NCBI GenBank assembly: GCA_965153455.1
Contig: OZ234493.1
Coordinates: forward strand, 21,876,213 to 21,940,212
Reading direction: 5' to 3'
DNA from: Sphagnum compactum
Taxonomy: Eukaryota
Length of the DNA: 64,000 bases
Shown here: piece after piece, positions 25,101 to 38,600 of the stretch
How positions within the stretch are numbered: the first letter of the stretch is position 1
How the letters are laid out: each line of letters begins with the position of its first letter
Notes under the pieces: generated by a model
Databases searched by the model: none
Seen by the model: the letters and a program-made list of their open reading frames with translations, nothing else
Told to the model about the DNA's origin: nothing
Program-made: the position numbers and the translations under genes

Positions 25101-28100
25101 GGACTAGTTTCGTGAACGTGAGATGAGAGTAGCCACCCGTTCTGCTCAGATCAGAACACCCATTACTGCTTGATACAAAACCTGAGGTTCCTCAAACCGT
25201 TCTCATGATGGTCCTCCTTTTACCTTTTCTCCTGAGTTCAAGAAATCTTTTGAACGCCGTGCACAGGGGTTCTGGCGTGCTCTAAAGCATACAGCTTCGC
25301 ACTTGTCCATCTCATGCATTCCCTGACTGACGTCAGCAAAGAACCACTTCTCCTCTCGCGTGAAGGGGATTACCTCGATCCTCTCTGTCTGCTTGCTGTC
25401 TTTCTCGTTGCTGTCGCTCGCCGGAATTCATCTACGGTTGCCAGTCTCGAAGGAAGACATAGCCGGAGGCCAGAGATCACTGAACTCACCGCCGGTTCAA
25501 AGGAACTGGGAAACTTAACAAGTGTAGCGTTGCAATCAAGTCCTTTTCTAAGGCAGCTTGCAGAGTGAGGCCGAGCACTCACGTATATCCAACGGAAGTG
25601 TTCGCCCTATCACGCTGCAGTCTTCTCCTGCGGAGAAATTAATATACCTTACGATTACGAACTTTCTTGCCGTGCTTCTAGTGCTCAACGAAGAACAAGA
25701 TGAGGTCAGCCTCATTCTAGTGCAAATGGAGCCAAGGAGAAATACACAGACAGATGGGTCATCGGGGCGTCCTGTAATGAGCGACGAACCGAATGAAAGC
25801 AGTGCAAAATCTGTGCTGACGGAGGTGACGAGAAGTAACGAAAGAGTGTTGCGTGGTTCTATGATCGCCGACGAAGAGATGGATGCTACTCTCAAATCTG
25901 AAGTATTGTTCAACACGACAGATGGGTCATCGGGGCGTCCTGTAATGCGCGGCGAACCGAGTGAAAGCAGTGCAAAATCTGTGCTGACGGAGGTGACGAG
26001 AAGTAACGAAAGAGTGTTGCGTGGTTCTATAATCGCGAAAGAAGAAATGGATGCTACTCCCAAATCTGAAGTATTGTTCAACACGACAGATGGGTCATCG
26101 GGGCGTCCTGTAATGAGCGGCGAACCGAGTGAAAGCAGTGCAAAATCTGTGCTGACGGAGGTGACGAGAAGTAACAAAAGAGTGTTGCGTGGTTCTATAA
26201 TCGCGAAAGAAGAGATGGATGCTACTCCCAAATCTGAAGTATTGTTCAACACGACAGATGGGTCATCGGGGCGTCCTGTAATGAGCGGCGAACCGAGTGA
26301 AAGCAGTGCAAAATCTGTGCTGACGGAGGTGACGAGAAGTAACAAAAGAGTGTTGCGTGGTTCTATAATCGCAAAAGAAGAGATGGATGCTACTCCCAAA
26401 TCTGAAGTATTGTTCAACACGACAGATGGGTCATCGGGGCGTCCTGTAATGAGCGGCGAACCGAGTGAAAGCAGTGCAAAATCTGTGTTGACGGAGGTGA
26501 CGAGAAGTAACAAAAGAGTGTTGCGTGGCTCTATAATCGGCGACGAAGAGATGGATGCTACTCTGAAATCTGAAGTAGTCTTCAACACGACAGATGGAAA
26601 CCCGTCTGGATTGCGTGAGACCTCGCTCACCGTGCCTTCTGCTAGCAAGAAATCGAAGAACAGGTCCGTGTACCTGTATCCTACCCTAGTGTTCTTAGCA
26701 ATCCCCGTCCTACTCTGTTGAATCTATTCAAGCATAGACCGCTTCTGCATCGTCTTGTCGAAGTCTACTGGAGCCCTACAATGGCTATGACTTCTCTAAA
26801 CATACATATCCTTATGTACTTAACTTAAAAAATTTCAAACTTTCTTTTTTTGCGGTGGTGAGGTTAGGTTTCACCTTGATCATCAGTTCTTCAGAGTTAA
26901 ACAAGACCCCCTTGCACTCATGAACCTAGGACCCATCATTCTGCTGCACCTGAGGAGTTTTTCATGCCACATATCTGTTTCATGTATATAACTTCACTAG
27001 TGGCGTGTTCCAAACATGGAGATCCACACCAGAAATGCAAACTGGAATTTGAGTGAACCAGCAGTTATGTGTGTCATGTCTCTCATATGGCTCTTGTGAT
27101 TTCATGGTGGAATTATACAGTGAGTCAGGTTGTTACACATTGATGGAGGTGATGGAGATGACTGATAATTTTGGGAAGAGAATTGAAGAATATGGCTTTG
27201 GGACAGTGTACCATGGAAAGTTGCGAACCGGCCAAGAAGTGGCAGTGAAGGTTTGGGCAGAAAGATCACATTCAGCTGCAGAAGAGTTTCACGAGTTTGA
27301 AATCGTGAGGAGCCCTATTTCTTCATCAACCAACCGTGTCTGCTAACTTGATAGATCCACTTCTCATTAGAATGGAATTTTATTTGATCATTAAATTGCC
27401 TTGTAAAACGATTGAGCCTCAACCATGCCCTTAAGTGATCTAAGTACTTAAAAATGGTAGGACATGTTTAACACGAGCATTGAATGCATTTAAGCACTGC
27501 ATTCAAGGAGCCATTCAACACCCCTACTGAAGTATATTACAAAATATTTTGCAAGCTATGAAATTGTTAATATTGCAAACTCATACCCTAGTTGCTTTTT
27601 TGCTTTTTTGCTCTTTTGCAAAAATTCATAGCCAAATTTGTGTTTGAAATCACAGGGGTTGTGATCTGGGTGTAAAATGTGGTTTTAGGTTTGTGGAAAG
27701 TATGAAAAGTGTTCTGAACACATCGTCAAAGTGATTGGTTATTGTGAAGAAGGAGATCAACAAATTTCAATCTATGAATACATGCCTCATGGAACTTTGC
27801 GACAACATCTTCATGGTGAGTTGTTGCTTCATATTGTGCAATCCAAGAGTAAATGAATCTTTGTTGTTTTCCTAGTGAGCAGATGCTACAATTAAATTTC
27901 ATTGTCTACTAGGGAATGCTTCCTTTTGTGTGTTGGAGGATACGTCACTAATGAGGTCATTGCATACAATTAGGAAATCATCATTTTATTTGTAGATTCT
28001 TTATGCAGAGTTTGGTACAGTTACATTTCAAGAGTATGTTAGATTGAAATAGAGTACATCAAGTTGGACCATCTTACAAAATGGATTAGTTTTTGTACTT

Positions 28101-28449
28101 GATTTGCTTTACAGTTTTGGTTTTAGAGAGCCCTATTGTCTAGGTCTAATACATGATATCCATGTCATTCCTGAAAGGCCTCTTGATTTTGATAGTGGGT
28201 GCAACTCAAATGTGAATGTAATGCATGCAACCTAGTCTCTTTGCTGAGATTGATTATATTTTTGTGGTCAATGGTTAACAATTGTTGTTTTAGTTATTTT
28301 TCAACTGACATTGGGTGATTTAATTCCCTTGTTTCACACCCGCCTAGATGTGTATGATAAACCTTCTTGATTTTTAAATTAAAATATTGGTTACTTCTCC
28401 CCATTGTAGCAATAATTTTTTGTGGCCAGTGTTCCTTGTTAGTTTATGC
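22171..28449 (+). repeat. Segmental duplication copy 2
   Basis: Colinear with 3180-8535, plus extra promoter-like sub-duplications (24480-25060) and two additional 168-bp units. Confidence 0.92.
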
Positions 28450-31235
28450 ATATGTTCATCATTCATTTGTAACATATTTAAATGACTTCATAATTTGACT
28501 TCATGACTTTTACAGATAAAGGTTTTTTGGACTCAAAAACTCATGCATTGGACTGGAAAACACGACTCCAAATTGCCCTACACATGGCGCAAGGTAACTA
28601 TAAATTTTTAAAGTAACGTGTCTTCTATTATTGATTGACAATTTCAACTAAAGCGGCATGATTGTTTTTTGAAAGTACTATGAATCAACCTATTCCTCTA
28701 ACCAACTTAGGATTCATTCCATCTAATTGTTTTCTTCAAGTTGGTCTTTGAAAGTAAAAGTGTTGTTTTGGATGAATTCCACAAACATATGTCAAATCCA
28801 AGAACTATAGAAAACTATCTTGTACAAGTATAATTATCAATATTTTCATTGCATTGAACACCTCATTCACATGCAATGTTTGCTTATTTTTGTGCTAAAA
28901 AGGTCTATAAGGATAGAACCCCTTGTATTTTCTACATATTGAAGCTTTAGTTTTGCCTTGATGAGTTGAAGCCCTATGCTTGGTTGTTGAATACTTGAAT
29001 TTTCAAATTATTATTTATATACGTGATTTAGGTGGAAAATGGCATTGCATTTTTTAGAATGCAGCCAAACTAATAAAGGCCTTTAGGAACTTAACAAATA
29101 ATTAATGAGGCAGGCAATACAAGGTTGCTTAGTTATAGCCACTCCACAAAAATATTGTGAATCAATGGTGGTGCACCTTTCAAATTTGGGGGGCTATTTA
29201 TTTGTCACATAATGCTAACATATAGAAAGTGAAAGCGGCCTGTGTCATATCGGGTTTAGTATTCCAAATGGAATTTGACACCAATGTTGAAGGTTCACAA
29301 GTTCAAGTAATTGTTATTTCCATAATTAGTCTCATGAGGAAAAAAATGGTGTATTCATGAATGAAGTGTTTAAAGTGTTTTATACCTCAAATATGAAGAC
29401 ATTTGCTTGATATGGGTTGAATAGGTGTGCAATATTTGGGCATACAATATGCCATCCTGTGGGAAGACACTATTTTTCTTACGAAGAATTGGGTACCTAA
29501 AAGTATTCTAAGTGGACAGCCATATGCCATTCCTGTTCTGGAATTCGAAAAACCGTGGTATGTAATTTTTATTGAACTCTCCATGCTTTTCCAACCTACG
29601 TTTTTATTGCTGATTGATTGAAAAACCAAGTAAAGGAATGTCCATATTTTCTTCCTTAAACCTATGGCTTCAATTTATAGAACTTCATATATATACGTAG
29701 TAATTTTTTGTAGAGCCGACATTTTAAATTTTTTTGTTGGATGTCATTGTCAGATTATAGTCCAATTAGTGTTTCAAGTTCATTTCCAAAAATCAATTGT
29801 TGGACTTTCTTTATCACTCAACAAGAATGTCCAATGCAAATTTGCATGGAACCCAATTTGTGGTTCTATTTGATGTTTGCTAATGAGTCATTAATATTCC
29901 TCTTCTTAATAGTTTAAACCTTTGTCAACATAGGATAGGTAGACATAGGGATATTGCAGGAATGTATCGTCCATTGTTAACGTTCATATAGACTAACAGA
30001 GATATTGAGATCAGATTCCATAAAAGTCATACATGGACTTGGATGGCCCTTGCTTCACCATTCTTTTTCACATATAAACATGCATTTTTTTTGAAATGGG
30101 TCAAATTTCTTAAAGACATGGCATTTGGGGGTCATTTCAAAGTAAATTCTAGGATTCTTAAACAATTAATCTATGTAATGTTTGCAAAATATTTTCCTTG
30201 TTGAATTTAGTTTCAATCATTAGGTGTATCTATCTTTAAAATTTAAATTGCTAATTTCGAACTCAAGATTTGGTGAAAGAAAATGGAGGCTAGTGTCATT
30301 AAACATTATGTTGCCTTTGTGACAAAGCTTCTAACCATTTGTATATGGTTGTCAGGTATCCTATTGCCAATTTTGGACATATTTTACGAGAGCTAATTTC
30401 TAGGCAACCACGACCCAAATATGGAAAAAGAATAAATCATTGGGTAATATTCCTTGAAATTATAGTACATTTTTTGTTTACACAATAAATTGTTCAACTG
30501 TTGGCCATTTGATCCATGAAAGAATTCAAATTAGGCATTTATATTAAAAAGAAAAAAGATTGACTAATGAGCATTGAAGATGAAACTTATTTAATTAATA
30601 AGTTTATAGTTATTACTAATATGCCACAATTGCAAATAATTTCCATGAATTCATGAAGATAGCAACTTACTCTCCACATGTCAATGACAGTCGAGGTATG
30701 GAAGAGACCATTATTCAAACAAGGAATAATGTACAACCTTGTAATAACAAGAAAGAAGAATAAGAGAAGAACTTAATTGAGCAAAAAAAGGTTAGTGCAA
30801 AACCCATATGCTGTTCATGCACATGTTAAACCAAGTTGTGAATGTATAATGTGAAATGTCTAAATACATCAAAGTTGAGATTAGATGACATATTCAAAAA
30901 CTAAATTGGATTTGCAACCCCTTTTTCATTGTTACAAACAATAAAATGACTTGCACACTTGGACTCATGGATAGGTGAAAATCGTTTCGGAAGATTTTGG
31001 CAACATGGGGATCAGCAACCCTACCCTTGGCTCCAACTTCCCAAAAGAAGCCATTGAGAAAATTGCGAAGTTAATACATATGTGTCTACAAACATATCGA
31101 GGACAACCGCGGGTTTTTCAATTAACAATGAGTGATGTGATCGATGAAATTAATGGTGCATTGCAATTGGAAGAAGGTCAGAAGGCTGAAGAAGGAGTTA
31201 TTAAGATTGAAATTCCTCAATATGCTTCACAATAA
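25726..31235 (+). CDS. Tandem-repeat plus Pelle/RLK-type pseudokinase protein (predicted 602 aa, 7 exons)
   Basis: Exons 25726-26663, 27121-27304, 27689-27815, 28516-28593, 29425-29557, 30356-30443, 30975-31235: all GT-AG, phase-compatible and stop-free (1809 nt). Kinase motifs GFGTVYHG, VAVK, IGYCEE...IYEYMPHGTL, LDWKTRLQIA, FGHILRELIS, NPTLGSNF...MSDV. HRD and DFG are absent. Confidence 0.8.
25750..26597 (+). repeat. 168-bp (56-aa) coding tandem repeat, 5 units
   Basis: TDGSSGRPVMSGEPSESSAKSVLTEVTRSNKRVLRGSIIAKEEMDATPKSEVLFNT repeated in an open frame. Confidence 0.97.
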
Positions 31236-32682
31236 AAAATTATGTCCCTCATTTAAAATTCCTTTCCAAAGATATCAAGTGGTAAATGAAATTCATTGAG
31301 AAGTCTACCTCTAATTGTGAACATGTGTTTATGAATCTTAAAGGGAAAAAACAGCAACAACCTGAAACAAGCAATGTGCAAAGTCGTGGTTCCAGGTTAG
31401 TGTTCCAACTTACATTCATCTATCATTTAATGCAAGAAATGACTAGAAATTTGATTAATCAACAATCTATGTTGTGGGACTGTGTAGTGACTTTTTCTTC
31501 ACCTAGGACCTTTCCATTATAGAGATGGATGTGGTCATAGGGTACTAACTAATGATTGGAAATTAAGTTTTGTTGCAAGGTCACCAATATGGACCTTGTA
31601 AAACAAACATACCTTCATGTGTAAAACATTCAAAGGAATTTCCTAGTGTATTTGGAGGGCAACTTCTATCCATAAATGTCCCCCCTAGACAAGAGGAAGG
31701 ATATATTCTTATTCGCCTTCAGTCAAAGGATCCTATTCATAGGCATAATGTCTCTCTGACTTTTAGGGAGTAGGCAAAAGAACCCTCCCCTTCCTAAACT
31801 TCATGATTTAAGTTTGTTTTGATTCGTGATAACCTTCACCTCATGTTTTACGATGGGCAAAACCTACAAGTGGGGGACATTCCCTAAATGTGAGGCCAAA
31901 TTCGACTATTGCCTTGTCCTAGGCCCCTTATTTTGGGAATGTTCTCCACCGTTGACCTTTCCCCTCCACAAAAACTTCAACTTATTTTCACAGACAAATG
32001 CCATTGTTGTAGGGTCATAATTTATCTTGATGCATATTAAAATACATGTTTACAAGTTGAGTATTGTGAAACCTTACTCCAATGGAATGGATGAAATTAT
32101 TTTGAAAAAATTCTTTCAAATATCATCAACAAAGAAAAAACATATGATAGAAAAATCATGTCTAGTTTGTCACAAAGTTCATTTATGAATACTTCAACTT
32201 GATATGAATGTATTTAACATATTCCTTCAATTTTGGGCTTGAATTCCTACGGAAGATTTGGAAAAGATTTTGTTTTGGCCAATCAACCCAAACTTGCCCT
32301 ATTGTTTTGTATTCATCATGTAGTGAGCTAGAATAATTATACTTGGAACTTGAATAGTGATGTATAATGATTGTATTTTGAGCAAGTTCTTCAATTTTCT
32401 TTTAAGTGATGATAAGGTCAGGTTTCATGCAACTAATTGTTATCATTAATCCTTTAGAGCTATAGAAAACCCCCATGCACTCATGAACCTAAGACCTACC
32501 ATTCTATTGCACCCCAAAAGCTTTTTATGTCACATGTTCATTTCATGTATGGTATTTCATTAGTAGTGTGTTTCAAACCTAGAAATGCACACTAAAAATG
32601 CAAACTGGAATTTGAGTGAACCAAGAATTTTTTTGTCTTGTCTCTCATATGGTTCTTGTGATTTCATGTTTGAATTATATAG

Positions 32683-35600
32683 TAAGCCAGGTCTTTACAC
32701 ATCGATGGAGGTGTTGGTCATCACTAACAATTTTGCGAAAAAAATTGGAGAAAATCATTCTGGAACAATGTACCATGGAAAGTTGCAAACCGGACAAAAA
32801 GTGGTAGTGAAGGTTTGGGAACTAAAATCACATTCAGCTGCTGAAGAGTTTGACCAATTTGGAAAGGTGTGGAATCTGAATGACTGATCAGCTAGCCATG
32901 TTTGGTCTTTCCATGTAATCTAATGTTTTATGAACAACTTTGAAGGCTTATAACTCACTAAATCCACTTTTCATCAAAATGGAATTTTATTTGAATGTTA
33001 CATTGCCTTGTAACCCAACTTCAAACAGGTCCTTACATGATCTAAGTACTTAAAAATAGTAAGACAAGTTTAAAGGACCAAACATTGAAAGGAGTGAATT
33101 TAAGCACTTCATTCAAAGAACAATTCAACACCCCTACCAAACTATATTATAAAATATTTTTTAGGTTATGAAATGGGTAATATTGCAACAAACTTTTACC
33201 CTAGCTATTCTTTTTTTTTTTGCCAAAATTCATGACCTAAATGTGAGTTTGAAATCATAAGGGTTGTGATGTGGGTGTAAAATGTGGGTTCAGATATGTT
33301 ACAACTCTGAAAACTTGTGTCAACGCATTGTCCAAATGATTGGTTATTATGAATCAGAAACTCATCAAATTTCAATCTATCAGTACATGCCTGGTGGAAC
33401 TTTGCAACACCGTCTTTTTGGTGAGTTGTTCCTTCACATTGTGCATTACAGAAGTAACTAAGCATGTTGTTGTTTTTTTAATGAACAAATGTTCCAATCA
33501 CATTTCATTTTCTACCAAGGAATGCTTCATTTCCTTCTAAGATATGTCACTAATGAAATTGTTGCACACAACTAAGAAATCATCATCTTATTTGTAATTT
33601 CTTTATGCAAAGTTTGCTACAATTGCATTTTAAAAAGTATGGTATGTTCAAATTGAGTCTATCAAATTGAATTGTGTATTACGTTTGCAAAATGAATTAA
33701 TGTTTGTAGTCAATTTCCCTTACAATGTTGGTTTTAGAGAGCCCTATTGTCTAGGTCCAAACATGATTTCCACACCATTCTTGAACAAGCTCTAGATTTT
33801 GATAAGGGTTGCAACTCAAGTGTGAATGTATTGCATGCTTGACCTCGTCACTTTGCTAAGACTGGTTTTTTTTTTGTGGTCAATAGTTTAAAATTGTTGT
33901 TTTAATTGTTTGTCAACTAACATTGGTTGATTTAACTCACTTGTTTCACACATATCTAGACTTGTGTGAGCTTTTCAACCATTGCTTTAGTTTAGATGTG
34001 TATGATAAGGGCTCTTGATTTGTGATTTAAATTTTGGGTTATTTATCCCCATTGTAGCAATATTATTTTGAGGCCAATGTTACTTATTAGTTTATGCAGA
34101 TGTTCATTGATCATTTGTAATTTATCTTATTCACTTCATAATTGATCAAGTCTATGATTTTTATAGGTGAAGGTCCATTGGACTCAAAAACTCGTGCCTT
34201 AGACTGGAAAGCACGACTCAAAATTGCCCTACACATTGCACAAGGTAACATTAAACTTTTAAAAACCCTATCCTCTAATATATATGAATGTTGTCTTTAT
34301 TGATTGACAATTTGAACTAGAGTGCAATGCTTATTCTTTTCAAAATAACATACATGAAATTATTGTTGGAACCAACTTAGCATTCATTCCATTTAATTGT
34401 TTTCTCCAAGTTTAACTTTAAAAGTAAGGTGCCATTTTGGATGATTGCCACATGCATATGTCAATCCAAGAGTTGTAGAAAAATATCATTTATGAATATA
34501 ATTTTCCATATCTTTATTGCATTGAACACTTCATCCATAGTTAATGTCTACAAGTATTTTTGTATAAAAAGGTCTATAAGGGCAAAACCCTTTGTATTTC
34601 TACATATTGAAGCTTTAGTAGGGCTTTGATGAGTCAAACATCACAAACTTGCTCCCTCCTTGTATCTATGTTTTCACAATGTTTTAACAATGTGTTCAAG
34701 GCCTTTAGATACATGTCCCCTAATTGATCGGGCATTCCCTTACAAGGCTATTCAACTAATGCCATTTCAAAAAACTATGGTAGATCCATGATGGTGGAAC
34801 TATCAAATTTGGGGGCTTATTTATCTATCACACATAATGTTAACATATACAGAAATGAAGGGGCCTATATCCTCTAAGGTTCAGTATTCCAAATGGAATT
34901 TCACAACAATTGTTGAGGGTTCAAAATTTCAAGTAATGGTTATTTCCATAATTGGTCTTGTGAGGAAGATAATGGTGTATTCATCATTGCATTGTTTAAT
35001 GGTTCCATCTGAAATATGAAGATTCACTCAACATTATCTGAACAGGGCTACCACATTTTCCCGAACAATATTTCAAACTAGAGAGCAAGGATATTTTTCT
35101 TACACAGAATGGGGTACCCAAGGTTACTATTCAGCCATGGCCATTTCACCGGTAAGTATTTTGTGTTGAGTTCTCCATGCATTTCTAGGCTACAATATTA
35201 TTATTTTTTGATTTTTTTAAAATGTAAAGGAATGTCCATATTTTCTTCATTAAGCCGATGAGATCAATTTATAAAACCTCATATATACAAAGTAGTTTCT
35301 TTCGAAGCCAAGATTTTTAATGTTTTTGGTAGATGTCATTGTCACATTGCAATCCCAACTAGTGCTTAAAGTGCATTTCCAAATCTATTGGTGGACTTTC
35401 TCTCACTTAGAAGGAATGTCCAACACAAAATTTACATGGACTCAATTTGTGTGTCAATTAGTCTATTTGACATTTGTTAATGAGTCATCTATTACTGTCA
35501 ATAGTTTGAAATTTTATAAACATAAAATTAAACATATGCATGGATATTACAAGATTTTATCCTTCAATGTTTGGGTTGGTATAGACCAACATAAATATTG

Positions 35601-38600
35601 AGATGGAATGCCATAAAAGTCATCCATGGACCTGGATGGCCCTTATTTCACCATTATTAGTTACTAGAAAAACATGAACTTTTTTCCATATAGGTCAAAT
35701 TTCTTAAAGCTATAGCACTTGGGGATCAAAATCATTACAAAGTAAAAATATAGGCATTACTAAACTATTAATTTAGGTCATGTTTGCATACTATCCTCCT
35801 TGCAAAATCTACTATCGTTCATTAGGTGTATTCAAATAGAAGCCTTAAACTGTTGATTTCAATGGCCACATTTGGTGAAACAATATGGAATCTAAAGCCA
35901 TGGTCATAATTTTATACACTACATTGATTCCATGATAAAGCATCTGACCATTTGATTATGGTTCTCAGGGAAAACTCTCTTGTTTACGAATTTGGACGTC
36001 TTTTATGGGAACTAATTTCTGGACAGCAACAGTGCCAACCTAGAGAAGGATTGAGTTTGGTATTATTCCTTGAATCTACAATGCATCTTTTTTTGCACAA
36101 TTAACTATCCAATTGTTAACCATCTAATGCATTGAGGAATTATAGTTCCACTATATCCATTTCGGGCATCTATATTATAAGAAAAAAAGATTGACTAATG
36201 AACATTGACAACAATAATTATTAAATCAAAAAGTTTAATTTTTTTTCTAGTATGCCTCATTTGCAAATAATTTAGATCACTTCATCAAGATAGAAATTTC
36301 CTCCCCAGATGCCAATGAAAATCAAGTTATGGAGGAGACCATATTTCATACACAAAACTAATGTATAAACTTGTAATAACAACAAGGAAAAATAAGAGAA
36401 GAATTTAGCTGAACAAAAGGTCAGTACAAAACCCATATGTTGTTCATGTATGTCATCCAAGAAGTGAACATGCAATGTGAAATGTCTTATTGCATCAAAG
36501 TAAAAATTTGATGACATGTTCCCAAACTGCAAACCTTTCTCCTTCATTGTTACAAAGAATAAATTGACTTGTGTGGACTCATGGATAGGTGGAGGATTTT
36601 CGCAACGAGGGGTTCATTGTCATTGACCCCACCCTTGGTTCTAATTTCCGAGAAGAAAGCATGATGAAAACTATAAGGATAGCACATTCTTGTATGCAAC
36701 CAATGGGGGCTCCACCAATAATGGATGATTTAATCAATTTAATAAGGGAAATGAATGATGCATTGCGATTGGAAAAAGGTCAAAACGTTGAAGAAGGTGG
36801 TATGAACATTGAAATTCCTCAGCATGCTTCACAATCAAAAACATGTGCCTCACTTGAAACTACTTTGGAAGAGATCAAGAAGCAGACAATATTTGATGAA
36901 AAGTCTATCTCTGATTGTGATCCTAAAGGGAAAAGACAACAACAACCTCAAACAAGCACTACACAAAGTCATGGTTCCAGGTCAGTGTTCCAAATTGTTC
37001 CCGTATATCATTTAATGCAAGAAATGACTAGAGGTTTGATTGTCAATAATCTGTGTTGTGGGATTGTGTAATGGGTTTTTGTTCGCTTGGGACCTTTCCA
37101 TTGTCAAGATGGATGTGATGATAGAGTATTGATTGATTGTTGGAGATTTTTTGTTGCAAGGTCCCCAATATGGACCTTATAAGACAAACAACCCTTCATG
37201 TGTAAAACATTCAAAGGAATTTCTTATTGTACTTGGAGGGCACATTATATCCATCAATGTCCCCCTTAGAAAAGAGGAGGGATATATTCGTATTCCCCAC
37301 CAGTCAGAGGATCCTACTTATAGGCATAATGTCCTTCCCACTCTTAGGGAGTAAGCATAAGAACCCTCCCTTTCTTAAACCTCATGATCTACATTTGTCT
37401 AGGTTCATGATAACATTCACCTCATGCTTTACAATTGGCAAAGTCCACAAGTGGGGGGGACATTCCTTGAATGTGAGGCCAAACTCACCTACTGCCTTGT
37501 CCTAGGCCCCTTATTTTGGGAATGGTCCCCCACCCTTGACCTTTCCCCTTGACAAAAATTTCAGTTTATTTTCACAGACAAACACCATTGTCATATGGTC
37601 ATAATTTACCCCAGTGCATATTGAAGTGCATGTTTATAGGTTGGGCTTTGTGAAACCCTACTCCAATGAAATGGATGAAGTTATTCCGAGAAGAATTCTT
37701 TCAGATATCATTAACAAAGAAAAAACATATGATAGAAAAATAATGCCTAGTTTGTCAAAAAGTCCATTTATAAACACTTCAAGTTAATATGAATGTGTTT
37801 AACATATTACTTCAGTTGGGGCCTCCAATCCTTAAGGAGGACTTGAAGAGATTTTTGTTTTGGCCAATCAGCCCACACACCCTATTGTTTTGTATTCATA
37901 ATGTAGCGAGCTGGAATGATTGTATTTGGAGCATGAACAGCAGGGTTCAAATGGTGAAGGTGTGGTAACCAATTTTGCATGTTCAAGGATGATGTGCATC
38001 ACTAGAATGAACAAAGGCCACACTTGGATTTGTAAATGTGGCCTAATAACATAAGAATTTTTCTTTTGTAATTGGTTGCAGAAGTTCCGAAGGTGATTCA
38101 ATGTGTTCAATTAGTGACGATGAAATGCCTTCAACAAGCAAGAATCAGAGTTTATCTCCACAATTGGAAATGCGTGCCACCACTACAAGCATTGAAGGTG
38201 TTCCAAACCTGCCAACCACGAGTAGCAGTTCAACTATGTATGCTCGCAGAAAAAATAATGAAGGCAATGTGGAGTTACTTTTTGAAAATGCAGAAAACAT
38301 GTCTCAAGTTGTTGGTGTGGGGCTTGAGTGGGCCAAGGTGGTGATCACCAAAAAGTTGGATGTCGAGGTGAGGCACATTGGTGAACATGCATGGCAAGAC
38401 TTGTGGCCAAATTTGAAAATGGCAGGCCAAGTGTATGGAGATTTTGAGCTGATGGATATCAGTCTTCCAGAATTGCAAACACAAGACCAGAGGCCCTCAA
38501 ATATACTGTTGGAAGATCTAACAGAAAGATTTGGTGTTGGGTTGTCAAGCAGTGATGTAATTAGTGTGTATAGGGAAGACCAAGTTGGACAATCAATTGA

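Noticed and set aside
25548-26648. 366-aa antisense ORF over the 168-bp repeats
   Set aside because: Shadow of the plus-strand repeat exon; only the plus frame links by splice phase to the kinase.
26664-26721. Hydrophobic ORF tail (VYLYPTLVFLAIPVLLC) as a transmembrane segment of an RLK
   Set aside because: It ends in a stop and lies after the phase-matched donor, so it is most likely intronic; a tail-anchored unspliced isoform cannot be excluded.
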